A stretch of DNA of 64,000 nucleotides from Sediminibacterium sp. (GCA_044372715.1 JBILRH010000001.1:850-64849); one strand, 5' to 3'. Shown: positions 8,025 through 18,741, counted from the stretch's first letter. Notes: generated from the sequence alone by a model not told the origin. Translations and numbers: made by a program.

Positions 8025-8825
8025 CTTAATATTGAAAAAGACCCGCTTCGGCGGGTTTTTTAATGAAAGATGCTTCTGTATTAGTGAAGGCTTGCTTCTT
8101 TTTATGGGAATTTGTATGGTATGGTCGGTTTCTTTGTTTTCAACAAAAAGAATAAGTTCATTGGAGGTATCATTAACTGGTAGTGCAAAATTTAGACCCA
8201 ATTTTCCATCACCATCTGTTTTAATAACATTTTTAAATACTGATTTATAACCAGACTTCAAACGAATGTTTAATGGTTGATAGGCTAGCTTAGTTTGATT
8301 TAATTTTCGAAACCCAAGATTTATTTTGAACTTACCCTCACTGTCTTGTTGAGAAAGGTCAACCAACAGATCCTTAGACCGGGGATTGGCAATATAAATA
8401 GATTGAGAAAAGAATTGTTCTTCACTAAAATTTCGCATCCAGTTGGTATAAGCCCTAATTTGATATGTGCCATTATCTAATGTTAATGGAATAGCAATCT
8501 CTCCCCAGCTTAGTCCTTCTGCAATTGGCACCGTTATTTGTTTTATAGTTTCGATACTATCTGCATAAAAATCTATGTATAATAAACCGCTTTGAGTAGA
8601 TGGAAAAAGGGTTTGTACATCAAATAGATAGGCCTTGAAAAAAATGGTATCTCCAGCTGTATAATAAGGCTTATCTAACTGAAGAAATATTTTTTCTTGT
8701 GCTGCAGATTTATAAAAAGAAGCCAATATATCAATGGTATGCCTTATAGGAGAATTGGGTGATTGCTGAGCATTTGAATAAGCTAAACAAAACAAACTGC
8801 TAACAATTAGAAGAATTTTTTTCAT
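8016..8825 (-). pseudogene. C-terminally truncated MG2-domain (macroglobulin-like) secreted protein
   Basis: Signal peptide MKKILL.., QEKIFLQLDKPYYTAGDTIFFKAY and YQIRAYTNWMRNF match the N-terminus of a family I recall being much longer; the ORF runs through the tRNA terminator and stops inside the tRNA acceptor stem. Confidence 0.6.
8035..8061 (+). terminator. Intrinsic terminator after tRNA-Leu (possibly bidirectional)
   Basis: ACCCGC-TTCG-GCGGGT hairpin followed by a T run and preceded by an A run. Confidence 0.85.
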
Positions 8826-8854
8826 ATGTAATTTACTCCACATGACTATTTACT

Positions 8855-10807
8855 TTATTTTGATTCAATCTTGATTACAAAACCTCCATAAGGCTTCATC
8901 ATTACCTTAGTAAACTTTTCTATGCTAAATTTATTATATACAAGTTCATCTGCTGTTGAATTGTCGGTTATGATATATGCATTTCTGTGCTTTCCAACAA
9001 TAAATGAAAGGTCCATCTCTACTGCGCTTTCTTTATTTTCACCATTAATTCCTGCTATATACCAATTTTCACCAGATCGCCTTGCTAGAACTACATATTT
9101 CCCAGGAAAACCATCAATAAATTTTACATCATCCCAGCTATCTGGCAACTGCTTCAGAAAGTCGATTGCAAAATCTTTCTGTTTTAACATACCACTATCG
9201 GATTCTGCAAAATGTTGAATGCCTGATAAAAACAAAACTGATAAAGACAACTCAAAACCTTTTGTCGTTTTTCTTTTGATTCCTGGTATTCCCGATAAAT
9301 TAACAGGTGTAAAATCCATCGGGTCAAATAAATTTCTTGTAAAAGGTATTGTGGTACAATGCATTGGCTGCATATTGGCATCCTGTTGATTAAAGGTTAC
9401 AAACTCTTCCCCTTTAATCGCTTCCATGCTTACCAAATTGGGATATGTTCTCTGCCAACCTCTAGGGTAAGTAGAACCATGGAAATTAACAGCAAGGCCA
9501 TAGGTTGCTGCATCTTTTAAAATATCTATATAGTATTTCATTGTCGATTGTCCGTCTCCAGGAAAAAAATCAACTTTTATTCCACCAATTCCCATGGCTT
9601 TGAGTTTCACAAATTCTGCTACTCTAGATTCATGTGTAAGTAATTTATTGCGTGGTGTATAAAAATTAACAGAATTCCAATCGCCCGCAGAGTTATACCA
9701 AAGTATTAATTTTACGTTTTTTGTAGCTGCATACTTTGCTAAAGTATCTAATCGATCATAACCAATACGTCTGTCCCAATTCACATCAATTAAGCAATAT
9801 TGCCATTTCATAGAAGCCGCAAAATCAATATATCTTTTTTGCATATTATAATTGATAGAGCCATCTTTAAACATAATCCAACTCCAAGAAGCTTTACCTG
9901 GCTTAAGCCATTCTGAAACATCGTATTTAGCAGGTAACGCAAGATCTGTACCCAAAGTTGATTCTGCAAATACACTCAATTTGTTGGATAATGTGATTAT
10001 ACGCCATGGTGTGTACCATGGTAGGTAAGACGATGGATACACTGCTTCTTTAACAACACCTTCGGTTTCTTGAGGAAAAGCAATTGAATAATTTGCATCA
10101 GGCGAAAATTGATCAAGTCTTGATCCACAATAATTTGTGTCTACTGCTGCTTCTGTAATACCTATCCAAAAATTATCCGATTTAAATAAGGCAGGTAATA
10201 CCCAGCCTGCTTTTTGAGGTGCAATTTTACCAACATGTATTGCTTGCTGGTATTGTTCTTCATAAGATGGTTGTGTTTTTTCCCATCCTGTTTTTGAATC
10301 CATATTGGGCTGAAGAAAAGCAGTGGCCGTTGTTTTAAAATGAAAAGTGGAAAGTTCTTTTGTAATATAAAATTCTGTGCTTTTTTCTTTTTTATCGTTA
10401 AAAACATACCGGAAAGCCAATCCATCGTTTGATACCTGAAAAAGAATTTCCATCAACTTTCCATCTCTATTTTCTAATGAAAATTTTCGTAACTGCGCCC
10501 GATAAGTGATATGCTTTTTTTTCCCATGTAAAAGGGTGTATTGATCAACAATTTTTTTCTCAGAAGAAACCGATTTCAACTGAAGTGCTTTAGAAAAATC
10601 GGCGTCTTTTCTAATAATGCCAAGCCTAGAATCTAGTAATACTAAGCTATCGCTATGGTAAACCCTGTAAAATACTTCACCTTCATTGTTTGTATTAACT
10701 ACTACTTTGATTTTTTTATCTGGGCTAGATACATCTCCCAATTTTTGGGCTTTTACCTCGTAAGAAATAATAGATAAATATGCTAAGAATAAATATATAT
10801 GTCGCAT
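8855..10807 (-). CDS. Glycoside hydrolase family 97 (retaining-type, alpha-galactosidase/glucosidase-like)
   Basis: PWRII, KPGKASWSW, GIKVDFF (Asp nucleophile type), NFHG..PRGWQRTYPN, EAIKGEE, PMDFTP; signal peptide. Confidence 0.9.
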   Translation of the reverse strand: MRHIYLFLAYLSIISYEVKAQKLGDVSSPDKKIKVVVNTNNEGEVFYRVYHSDSLVLLDSRLGIIRKDADFSKALQLKSVSSEKKIVDQYTLLHGKKKHITYRAQLRKFSLENRDGKLMEILFQVSNDGLAFRYVFNDKKEKSTEFYITKELSTFHFKTTATAFLQPNMDSKTGWEKTQPSYEEQYQQAIHVGKIAPQKAGWVLPALFKSDNFWIGITEAAVDTNYCGSRLDQFSPDANYSIAFPQETEGVVKEAVYPSSYLPWYTPWRIITLSNKLSVFAESTLGTDLALPAKYDVSEWLKPGKASWSWIMFKDGSINYNMQKRYIDFAASMKWQYCLIDVNWDRRIGYDRLDTLAKYAATKNVKLILWYNSAGDWNSVNFYTPRNKLLTHESRVAEFVKLKAMGIGGIKVDFFPGDGQSTMKYYIDILKDAATYGLAVNFHGSTYPRGWQRTYPNLVSMEAIKGEEFVTFNQQDANMQPMHCTTIPFTRNLFDPMDFTPVNLSGIPGIKRKTTKGFELSLSVLFLSGIQHFAESDSGMLKQKDFAIDFLKQLPDSWDDVKFIDGFPGKYVVLARRSGENWYIAGINGENKESAVEMDLSFIVGKHRNAYIITDNSTADELVYNKFSIEKFTKVMMKPYGGFVIKIESK

Positions 10808-10833
10808 AAATTAAGTTCAATATAATTAACAGA

Positions 10834-10857
10834 AAAAGTCGCTAAAAAGCGACTTTT
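10834..10857 (-). terminator. Hairpin between the SusCD operon and GH97
   Basis: AAAAGTCGCT-AAAA-AGCGACTTTT perfect 10-bp stem. Confidence 0.7.
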
Positions 10858-10888
10858 CTTAACAAAAACATTACATACAATAATTGTT

Positions 10889-11863
10889 CTATCTTCTTGC
10901 TGCAAAATTAATTCTGTTAGTAATAGTCCATGTTCCATTTACAAATGGAACTCCATCAATTGGAAATAGTCTGAAAGAAAATTCTGGATTGATATTTTGA
11001 TTAAGATCGTTATTAGCAGCAGGTATTCTATAAGAACACAAATAAGCATTATTTAACAAGAACAGTGGGAAAGTAGGCGTTTTCTCCGGATACCTATAAA
11101 TAAGCGCAGTATCATTTACTTGCTCAGAAAAATATGGAGCAAACTCTCTAAACACAAATCTTGGTGCAGTAGGTACCCCTACCCTTGGCGTTACTTGTCC
11201 GGTTCTAGGATTAAAAGCTGCCCCATTTCTATCTAAAAATCTTACAATAATAACATTCGGGCCTTCTGTACGTGTTAGTGTGGTAGTAAAGGCGGCTTGT
11301 GTAGTAAATACAGATTCTTGACCTACTGCTGAAGTGCTAGCAAATTGTCTAATTAATTGCGACGAAACGGCTGGTGTTAGCACCACTTTTGCAACACTCT
11401 TAATTGTTCTAGCACCTACCATATTACTCACTTCAATATCAAAATCATAAGTGCCTGTATCAACCAAAGCGGTAGCAGGAGTAAGCTCTAACCTTCCACC
11501 AAGATTATTAACATTAAAAGGTTTATACATAGCTGTTCCCAACTTTGTAGCCAATAATGCTAGGGTTGAATCTTGTGGAGTAACTTCTCCTTTGTATATA
11601 GGTATTTCATACTCCTTGGAGAGCACATCAGTTTTCTGACCAGCTCTATTTCTCACTTCTAATAATTTAACATATAGTGGGTTAGTGGAACCGTCTGCCT
11701 GAATTGGTACAGAAGTAGTAACCCTTCCCTTAATGCCTACAAATGGATTAGAAAGATAAAAGAATCTATTTCCTAAAAATCCTTCCGAAGGTTTCTTTTC
11801 GCATCCATAACAAAGTACAAATAGAATGGCTGCTAAACTGATGTATTTATATTTAAGCTTCAT
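10889..11863 (-). CDS. SusCD-associated lipoprotein (DUF5007-like)
   Basis: Lipobox (CYGC), ADGSTNPL motif, position downstream of SusD; family assigned from memory. Confidence 0.55.
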   Translation of the reverse strand: MKLKYKYISLAAILFVLCYGCEKKPSEGFLGNRFFYLSNPFVGIKGRVTTSVPIQADGSTNPLYVKLLEVRNRAGQKTDVLSKEYEIPIYKGEVTPQDSTLALLATKLGTAMYKPFNVNNLGGRLELTPATALVDTGTYDFDIEVSNMVGARTIKSVAKVVLTPAVSSQLIRQFASTSAVGQESVFTTQAAFTTTLTRTEGPNVIIVRFLDRNGAAFNPRTGQVTPRVGVPTAPRFVFREFAPYFSEQVNDTALIYRYPEKTPTFPLFLLNNAYLCSYRIPAANNDLNQNINPEFSFRLFPIDGVPFVNGTWTITNRINFAARR

Positions 11864-11882
11864 AATAATAAATTTTAGTAAA

Positions 11883-12554
11883 TCAGAATCTTACGAATGT
11901 ATGAGTGTTGGCAAGAACATGTAATGTGGTTTCTCCATTTAAGGTTTTAATACCTGTTGTTTGGCATTGTACTGAAATATCATTTTCATTAAGTGGAGGT
12001 GTTACCCCTGGTTGATCCAAAGCACCCCTTACTTTTACATAGAAAAGTAAAAATGTAGGAGCTTGTGTTCTTTCTAAAAACATGGGGTCTGTTGTTACTC
12101 GCTTTATTACCCCCATTGTTGCTCTACCAGCGCTGGTATATGTTTTTGGAATTACTTCTTGTGCAGTTTCTAATTCAACTTTTTCATTCAACACATACTG
12201 AAGAACAGAATCTGCACTAATTTCCCTCATTAAGCTATCTAATGTATAAATAGCTAATGGATTAACTTGTTGTCTTTGTTGAAGTTTTAAATCAATCATT
12301 CTCTGCACTGAATAATCTGTAAAAGCAAAGAAAGTAGTTGCATTATTAATTCGAGCTGTTAAATTTAAACGCTCAATTACAATTACAGCTGTATCAAATA
12401 ACTTGAAAGGATTGGCTTTCAAGTAATCAATATTATTAAGCGGAGTAACTGCAACATGAAGACTGCCTCCACTTAAATAATCTTTTTTACATGCGCTGAA
12501 AAAACATATAAATGCAACTGCAGCTAAAATAGTTTTTAATGACATAGTATTCAT
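11883..12554 (-). CDS. SusCD-associated lipoprotein (fasciclin-like fold possible)
   Basis: FSAC lipobox; TFFAFTDYS and terminal GETTLHVL resemble FAS1 H1/H2 motifs. Confidence 0.5.
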   Translation of the reverse strand: MNTMSLKTILAAVAFICFFSACKKDYLSGGSLHVAVTPLNNIDYLKANPFKLFDTAVIVIERLNLTARINNATTFFAFTDYSVQRMIDLKLQQRQQVNPLAIYTLDSLMREISADSVLQYVLNEKVELETAQEVIPKTYTSAGRATMGVIKRVTTDPMFLERTQAPTFLLFYVKVRGALDQPGVTPPLNENDISVQCQTTGIKTLNGETTLHVLANTHTFVRF

Positions 12555-12568
12555 TTTAGTTTATTGTT

Positions 12569-14119
12569 TTACATTTTATCGGCCCAAAAAGGAGTCTGTG
12601 TAAGCAATGGATTTAGAGAAATAAGAATTGGTTCAACAGGCCAATAAAATTTGCCTTGATTAAAGTCTGAAATAGTCATACGAGTAATGGTACCAGTTCC
12701 ATTAAATCGAATGATATTTGTTCTTCTAGCCAAGCGAATTAGATCATAAAAGCGATGTCCTTCAATAAATAACTCTCTTCCTCTTTCTTGAATTACTTCT
12801 TCAAATAAATTACCATCAGTTGCAGTTGTTGGCCCTATACCTGCAAGCGTTCGAATTTCATTTACAATAGTTCTAGCTCCCGATAAATTATTCAAAGCCG
12901 CCAATGCTTCTGCTTTTAGTAATTTAATATCAGCTAAGCGAAATACAATAATATTATTGGTACTAAGTGGCGAAGTATTGTTAGCTCCAGAATAAAAAAT
13001 ATTCGCATACTTGGTACAAACAGGATCTGTAGTTCCCCAAAAATCAAAACCACTTCTTCTTCTTAAATCAACACTATCTGCATTGTTGGGGAATAAAGTA
13101 TTGAGGTTACCAGCATCCAAAGTGAATAATGTATTTCCTGGCACTGTTAGTAAATAAGGAGCTTTTAGCGTACGTGCTGCAATGCTATTAACAATGGCGC
13201 CATAATTAGGATCCATCAGTGAGGCTTCATTATTTGCATTTTGAGATATCTCGAAAATACCTTCACTAGAATTACCTCTAAACATTGCAGTATAAGATGC
13301 TCTTGTAGCCCTGCTAACATGAGAATATCCGCCATTGATGATCACCGAATCAGCCGCTGGAACTACTTTATCATATTCACCACGCCATGCATAGATATGT
13401 GCCAACAAAGCATAACAGGTTCCTCTATTAGCCCTTATAGGTCTTGTTGCAGAAGCAGCCGGAACATAAGGCAATAGCTTTATTGCTTCCTGTAAATCTT
13501 TAATACACTGATTAAGTACTTCAGATTGTTTTGTTCTTGGAATATTTGGAGCTTGTGCAGCATCTTCTTCTGATTTTAACACCAACGGCACATCTCCCCA
13601 TATTCTTGACATGTAGAAATAGGTAAAAGCGCGTAAAAAATAATTTTCCCCAATTAATGCATCTTTTGCCGCAGCTTTATTAACTGAAGAAAAATTGGCC
13701 AATTGAATAGTAGGGATGTATTGTAAACAACGATTTTGTTGATCAATAGCTCGATAGTAAAGATCCCATCTGCGCAATCTGATCAGTCCTCTGAATGTTT
13801 CAGAAGGTGCTACAAAGGTTTGCCAATTCATTTGAGTGATTGCTGGGTAATCTTCGCCATTTGTTCTAGCAGCAAATTCGTCAGTTTGAGTATCACCATA
13901 ATAAAAATGGGCCATCCCCATTTCATTCATGGCAACACGCAATAAAGCGTAGGACCCTGCTACTGCACTAGTTGCTTCACTTTCATTTTTCCAGAAATTG
14001 GCATCTGTAGGGGCGTTGATTGGAACTCGCTCTGAAAAAGATTTACTACACGAAACTGTAATGAATGCTATAGTAAAAATCCAAAGTACTTGTTTAAAAC
14101 TTTTATTTAACAATTGCAT
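12569..14119 (-). CDS. SusD/RagB nutrient-binding lipoprotein
   Basis: VSC lipobox, GENYFLRAFTYF, WGDVPL, FRLADIKLLKAEA, ERGRELFIEGHRFYDLIR. Confidence 0.93.
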   Translation of the reverse strand: MQLLNKSFKQVLWIFTIAFITVSCSKSFSERVPINAPTDANFWKNESEATSAVAGSYALLRVAMNEMGMAHFYYGDTQTDEFAARTNGEDYPAITQMNWQTFVAPSETFRGLIRLRRWDLYYRAIDQQNRCLQYIPTIQLANFSSVNKAAAKDALIGENYFLRAFTYFYMSRIWGDVPLVLKSEEDAAQAPNIPRTKQSEVLNQCIKDLQEAIKLLPYVPAASATRPIRANRGTCYALLAHIYAWRGEYDKVVPAADSVIINGGYSHVSRATRASYTAMFRGNSSEGIFEISQNANNEASLMDPNYGAIVNSIAARTLKAPYLLTVPGNTLFTLDAGNLNTLFPNNADSVDLRRRSGFDFWGTTDPVCTKYANIFYSGANNTSPLSTNNIIVFRLADIKLLKAEALAALNNLSGARTIVNEIRTLAGIGPTTATDGNLFEEVIQERGRELFIEGHRFYDLIRLARRTNIIRFNGTGTITRMTISDFNQGKFYWPVEPILISLNPLLTQTPFWADKM

Positions 14120-14137
14120 AATTTAACTTTTTTAAAA

Positions 14138-17100
14138 TTAAAACTGAATATCTAACCCCAGCGTAAACTTTCTAGGCACAGGGTATCCGTTTGCAGTGGT
14201 AAAACCATCAATACCAATATTTTCAGGATCGGGAAGATCTGCTCTATGAAAAACAGCAATATTATCAGCCACACCATATAATCTGATCATACGGATTCCT
14301 GCTTTTTTAAGTTTCTCACCAACTGGGAAGTTATAAGCCAAGTTAGCAGTTTTTATACGGAAGAAACTTGCATCTTCAACAAACATAGAAGAACGAATTG
14401 TCCATTGGTCGTTGGTACTAAATAAACTTCCTTGAACTGCTTGGTCTCCTGGTTTTACCCAAAGATTAAAATTATTAAATTCTGCAGCAGGACCCGCTCT
14501 GGTTCCCCAAAAATTAGGAGGATTATTACTTGCTCCAGCCAATTTATCAGACAAATATCCATTCCAAACACTTCTACCAACTATGAAAGTGGTTAATAGC
14601 TGTAAAGTGAATCGCTTATAAGTAAATGTATTGATAAAACCACCATATACTTTTGTATTAGGATCACCCTGAACGATCATATCATTATTGTCAACATTAT
14701 AGTCTCCATTGATATCACGTTTCACATTATCACCACCCACAAATTGCGCACCACCATATATCCTAGTTCTCAATCCAGTTAAAGGATCTACAGGCACATC
14801 GCTTGTACTAGGATAAACTCCATCAGTTCTAAATACTCGGAAACCGTAAAGAGGTTGTCCTATTGTAAGTAATCTTGATAAAAATACTGGGCCGTAAGAA
14901 AAATCGCGATTGCCGTCTGGTAATTTAGTTACATAATTATCATTGAATGCAAGATTCAAACTGGTTTGCCACTTCAAAGCACTTCGATCGGAAAGATTAT
15001 TGGTGTTAATTGAAAGTTCAATACCCCGGTTTGCAATATCAACAAAGTTATTGGTAGCAGTAGTGTATCCGGTAGAAATAGGAACCGGGATATTAAATAT
15101 CAAATCTTTACTGGCCTTATGGTATAAATCTACACTCACACTAATTCTGTCTTTAAGAAAATTCAAATCCAATCCTAAATTGGTTTGAGGGGCTTTTTCC
15201 CAAGTTATATTGGTTGCAGGAGCGGCACCAGCATAATTGGGCGCTACAGCAGTAATACCTCCATAGGTAATAATATTTCCAGCTGCACCAAAACCAAGAG
15301 AAGAGGAAGGGTAATTCATATTAGTACTAAGCTGACGATACTGTGCATAGTAGCCACCAGGGTCGCGACCTGTAACACCATAACTGAATCTTAATTTAGC
15401 AAATGAGATTACCTTATTTAACTTTTTAAAGAATGGTTCATCAGATATATTCCATCTAGCAGAAAAAGCAGGGAAGGTTCCCCAACGGCTAGTTGGTGCA
15501 TAGCGCGAAGAAGCATCTCTTCTAAAACTAAGATCTGCACCATATTTTCCTTTGTAATTATAACTAGCTCTTGTAAAATAAGATACCCTTGAACGATCTT
15601 CGTAGTTTGTTGAAACGTTTAGATTAGGGCCAGTTGGTACTCCAGCAATTACCCGAATTGCATCAAATGGAATTCCATTTGCATTAGCCGAAGTACTTTT
15701 AACTATCTGCTCTTCAAATCCCTGACCAAGCAATACACTTAAACTATGGTTTTGACTAGGTCCAAATGACTTCGCCCATGTAGCATAGTTCTCTACTTCG
15801 TATCTACTTGAATTACTTTCTGTTAGAAAGGCATCAGAACGATTATTTGCCACTACTGATCTATCTCTCAAATAATCTCTTCTTACAAAACCTAAATTAT
15901 ACGATAATGAACTGATGAATGTTACATTGTCTAATAGCTTCCAAGTTAATCTTAGGTTTCCATTAATACTAGTGGTTTTAGCATCATCTCTAACTTTATC
16001 GTTCTTTCCTGCATAGTTGCTTCTAGTTACATCATCTATCTGCCAAAAAGAAGAGGGAAATGATTGTATATTATATGGCGTTACATTGCCCGTACCATCA
16101 CCCCGTTGTTCTTTCACAAAACCCATATAAGTGTCTGAAGTTATTTCAACATTTTTAGAAGGCTTCATACTTACAAATAATCTTGGGGCAAATCTTGTTA
16201 CATTAAACCCTGGTTGAATACCGTCTTCTGAATAACTATTCAAAGAAAGACGATAAGACATTCCAGTACTAGAACCAGCTACACTAAAATCTATATTACG
16301 AAGCATTGCATCATTAAAGAACAGATCTTGAAAGTCGGTAGCATTATTAAATGCCGGATTCAAGCTATCCGTTAAAAATTGATTCATTACACCTTGTTGT
16401 GTATAAGTTGCTTGTTGCCTAAGAATATCCATTTTTAACCTTCTTTCTTCTGCACCAATAACTACAGGTTTCATGGCAGGTCGGGTAGTAAGTCCAACAT
16501 ATGAAGAAAGTCTATATTGAGGTCTGCCCCCTTTAGGTCTTACCGTTTTAACAATGATAACCCCATTTGCGGCCCTTGCTCCATAAATGGCAGCAGCAGA
16601 TGCATCTCTTAGTACATCGATAGATTCTATATCATTGGGATTGATAGCAGCCAATGGATTACTATTACCATATGCTGTTCTAAGATCTGACACATCAAAT
16701 ACAACTCCATCAATTACATATAAAGGTGCTGATACCCCAGTAGCTACCCCACCTCCAGCGTTATTGGCAACACTACTGTTTCCCCTTATATTTACGATAC
16801 CTGCAGCACCTGGCTCAGCAGAAACGGATAATACATTTAAACCTGCTACCCTACCTTGTAACATTGCATCAAAAGTAGGATAAGGTGTATTTTCTATATC
16901 TTTTCCTTTAACGCTAGAAATAGCTGCTGAAGTAGTTCTTCTAGTAGCATTTTGGTAACCAATAATAACTACATCATCTATTCCTTTTGCATCTTCTACA
17001 AGGCCAATATCAATACTGGTTTTACCATTTAATGGTATTTCTTGGGTAAGAAATCCAACATAACTAACCACGATTGTAGACTTGCCAGTTTTTACATTCA

Positions 17101-17305
17101 ATGTAAACGTACCATTTGCCGAACTAGCAGTTCCAGCTGAGCTTCCTTTTTCAAGGATACTAGCATCCGCAATTGGCGTATTTGTTTTTTTGTTGATCAC
17201 CTTGCCGGTCACTTTAACTTGCGCGGAGGCTGCCATTGAAAAAAACAAACAAAATAACAAAGTAGTAATTCGAAAAACTTTAGTACCAGATAATGTATAT
17301 CTCAT
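14138..17305 (-). CDS. SusC/RagA TonB-dependent transporter
   Basis: CarboxypepD-like N-terminus, plug NPNDIESIDVLRDASAAAIYGARAANGVI, ITWEK, C-terminal F; start set to the ATG at 17305. Confidence 0.93.
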   Translation of the reverse strand: MRYTLSGTKVFRITTLLFCLFFSMAASAQVKVTGKVINKKTNTPIADASILEKGSSAGTASSANGTFTLNVKTGKSTIVVSYVGFLTQEIPLNGKTSIDIGLVEDAKGIDDVVIIGYQNATRRTTSAAISSVKGKDIENTPYPTFDAMLQGRVAGLNVLSVSAEPGAAGIVNIRGNSSVANNAGGGVATGVSAPLYVIDGVVFDVSDLRTAYGNSNPLAAINPNDIESIDVLRDASAAAIYGARAANGVIIVKTVRPKGGRPQYRLSSYVGLTTRPAMKPVVIGAEERRLKMDILRQQATYTQQGVMNQFLTDSLNPAFNNATDFQDLFFNDAMLRNIDFSVAGSSTGMSYRLSLNSYSEDGIQPGFNVTRFAPRLFVSMKPSKNVEITSDTYMGFVKEQRGDGTGNVTPYNIQSFPSSFWQIDDVTRSNYAGKNDKVRDDAKTTSINGNLRLTWKLLDNVTFISSLSYNLGFVRRDYLRDRSVVANNRSDAFLTESNSSRYEVENYATWAKSFGPSQNHSLSVLLGQGFEEQIVKSTSANANGIPFDAIRVIAGVPTGPNLNVSTNYEDRSRVSYFTRASYNYKGKYGADLSFRRDASSRYAPTSRWGTFPAFSARWNISDEPFFKKLNKVISFAKLRFSYGVTGRDPGGYYAQYRQLSTNMNYPSSSLGFGAAGNIITYGGITAVAPNYAGAAPATNITWEKAPQTNLGLDLNFLKDRISVSVDLYHKASKDLIFNIPVPISTGYTTATNNFVDIANRGIELSINTNNLSDRSALKWQTSLNLAFNDNYVTKLPDGNRDFSYGPVFLSRLLTIGQPLYGFRVFRTDGVYPSTSDVPVDPLTGLRTRIYGGAQFVGGDNVKRDINGDYNVDNNDMIVQGDPNTKVYGGFINTFTYKRFTLQLLTTFIVGRSVWNGYLSDKLAGASNNPPNFWGTRAGPAAEFNNFNLWVKPGDQAVQGSLFSTNDQWTIRSSMFVEDASFFRIKTANLAYNFPVGEKLKKAGIRMIRLYGVADNIAVFHRADLPDPENIGIDGFTTANGYPVPRKFTLGLDIQF

Positions 17306-17714
17306 TTCGTAAAATTTAAAAAATGTAAAACAATTGAGAAGAGTATTATTAGAATCTAAACGTAATTTCTTAATAAGCATAAGCCCATAAGTAGGTTTGG
17401 TCATAGCAAGCAGTTTTAGATAACTATACATTCCTTTCACTTTAAAAACTATAAATAGCTACCTGGATTATATAATTGTAATTTTGACAATTAAAAGTAG
17501 ATAAGGTTAACCCAATAGTATTTACCGATTTTAACATTAACTATGCAAATTTTATCCATAATTGAAATTTAGGATTAATATATTTATTAAGTGTAATTAA
17601 AACACTTTAAAAGCTTAATAAGTGATAATTTTTGTTGAGATTTGAACTATATAAATATAGATAGCAAACACCCTATGTTTTATGATAAAAACTTTAATAA
17701 TAAAAATATTTAGC

Positions 17715-18635
17715 ATGAGACTTATTAAACTATACCTAAAATATAGTTATGCTATTTTCTTTATTGCTTGCTCTGCAACCAGCAAAAATAACTTAGCTCC
17801 TATTGAAAAAAAATCAGAAAAGGCAATTACTGCTTATAATAAAACCATGATTAGTGCTCCCCCTTCAACATTGGGCTTGGATAGTTTTTATAAAAAATAT
17901 TCTGATGCTTTTGGAATACCCATTGTTTCTTCCAATAAAGTTCCTGATGATGCATTACTAATAGCAAGGGATATCGTTAATTATATGCTCGTAAAACGTG
18001 CTGATATACGCAATACACTCATTCGCCAGAAAGCGAGGGTATTGGTTATGGCTGAAACCGAGATGGAAACTGATCTTCCTGAAAGAAGCAACTGGAAAAA
18101 GCCAACTATAGACGATAGACGTCTTACACCTGGAGAACGAAACAATTATGACAAACCGGGAGGAATTGCGAGTATGACTGATCGTGAATATTGGAATAAA
18201 AGGGCAAGAGGAATGGGTGGTACTATTACTTCTTGTGCCGAAGAAAATTTACTAGGCTACCCTGGCACACGATACTTTGGCGAAAATATACTTGTACATG
18301 AATTTAGTCATAATATAATGAATGCATTAAGATCTTGCGATACATCCTTATACAAACAAATTCTAGCTGCATATGAAGTAGCTAAAAATAAAGGAATGTA
18401 CAAAGGTCAATATGCTATCAATACTTCAGCGGAATATTGGGCCGAAGGAACTCAATGGTGGTTTTGGTCGAATTTTGAATTTTATGATGGCGAGCAAAGA
18501 GTACAAAGCCCCGACGACTTAAAAACCTATGATCCAGTTCTGTATGGATTATTAGAGCAAGTATACATTGGTCATCAAAATCCTGCAGATATATATTATG
18601 CTAAGAACTTAAGACCTGCAAGAAGAAATAAATAA
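17715..18635 (+). CDS. Zinc metalloendopeptidase lipoprotein (gluzincin; lethal-factor/PPEP-like)
   Basis: FIAC lipobox, RGMGG, NILVHEFSH (HExxH), downstream AEYWAEG third ligand, LKTYDP..Y. Confidence 0.65.
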   Translation: MRLIKLYLKYSYAIFFIACSATSKNNLAPIEKKSEKAITAYNKTMISAPPSTLGLDSFYKKYSDAFGIPIVSSNKVPDDALLIARDIVNYMLVKRADIRNTLIRQKARVLVMAETEMETDLPERSNWKKPTIDDRRLTPGERNNYDKPGGIASMTDREYWNKRARGMGGTITSCAEENLLGYPGTRYFGENILVHEFSHNIMNALRSCDTSLYKQILAAYEVAKNKGMYKGQYAINTSAEYWAEGTQWWFWSNFEFYDGEQRVQSPDDLKTYDPVLYGLLEQVYIGHQNPADIYYAKNLRPARRNK

Positions 18636-18741
18636 TGCTTGAAAGAATAACCGTTAATATCAGGTGATAATTAGTTAAAATACACTTATTATAAACACTT
18701 GAAGAATTTTAGTTTTATTCATTGTATTAAATTATATAAAA

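Noticed and set aside
7793-8029. 78-aa ORF
   Set aside because: Overlaps the whole tRNA-Leu and its promoter.
17306-17440. Long N-terminal extensions of both SusC ORFs (also 45510-45575)
   Set aside because: Downstream ATGs give proper signal peptides; the upstream GTG/TTG starts lie in likely promoter or leader DNA.
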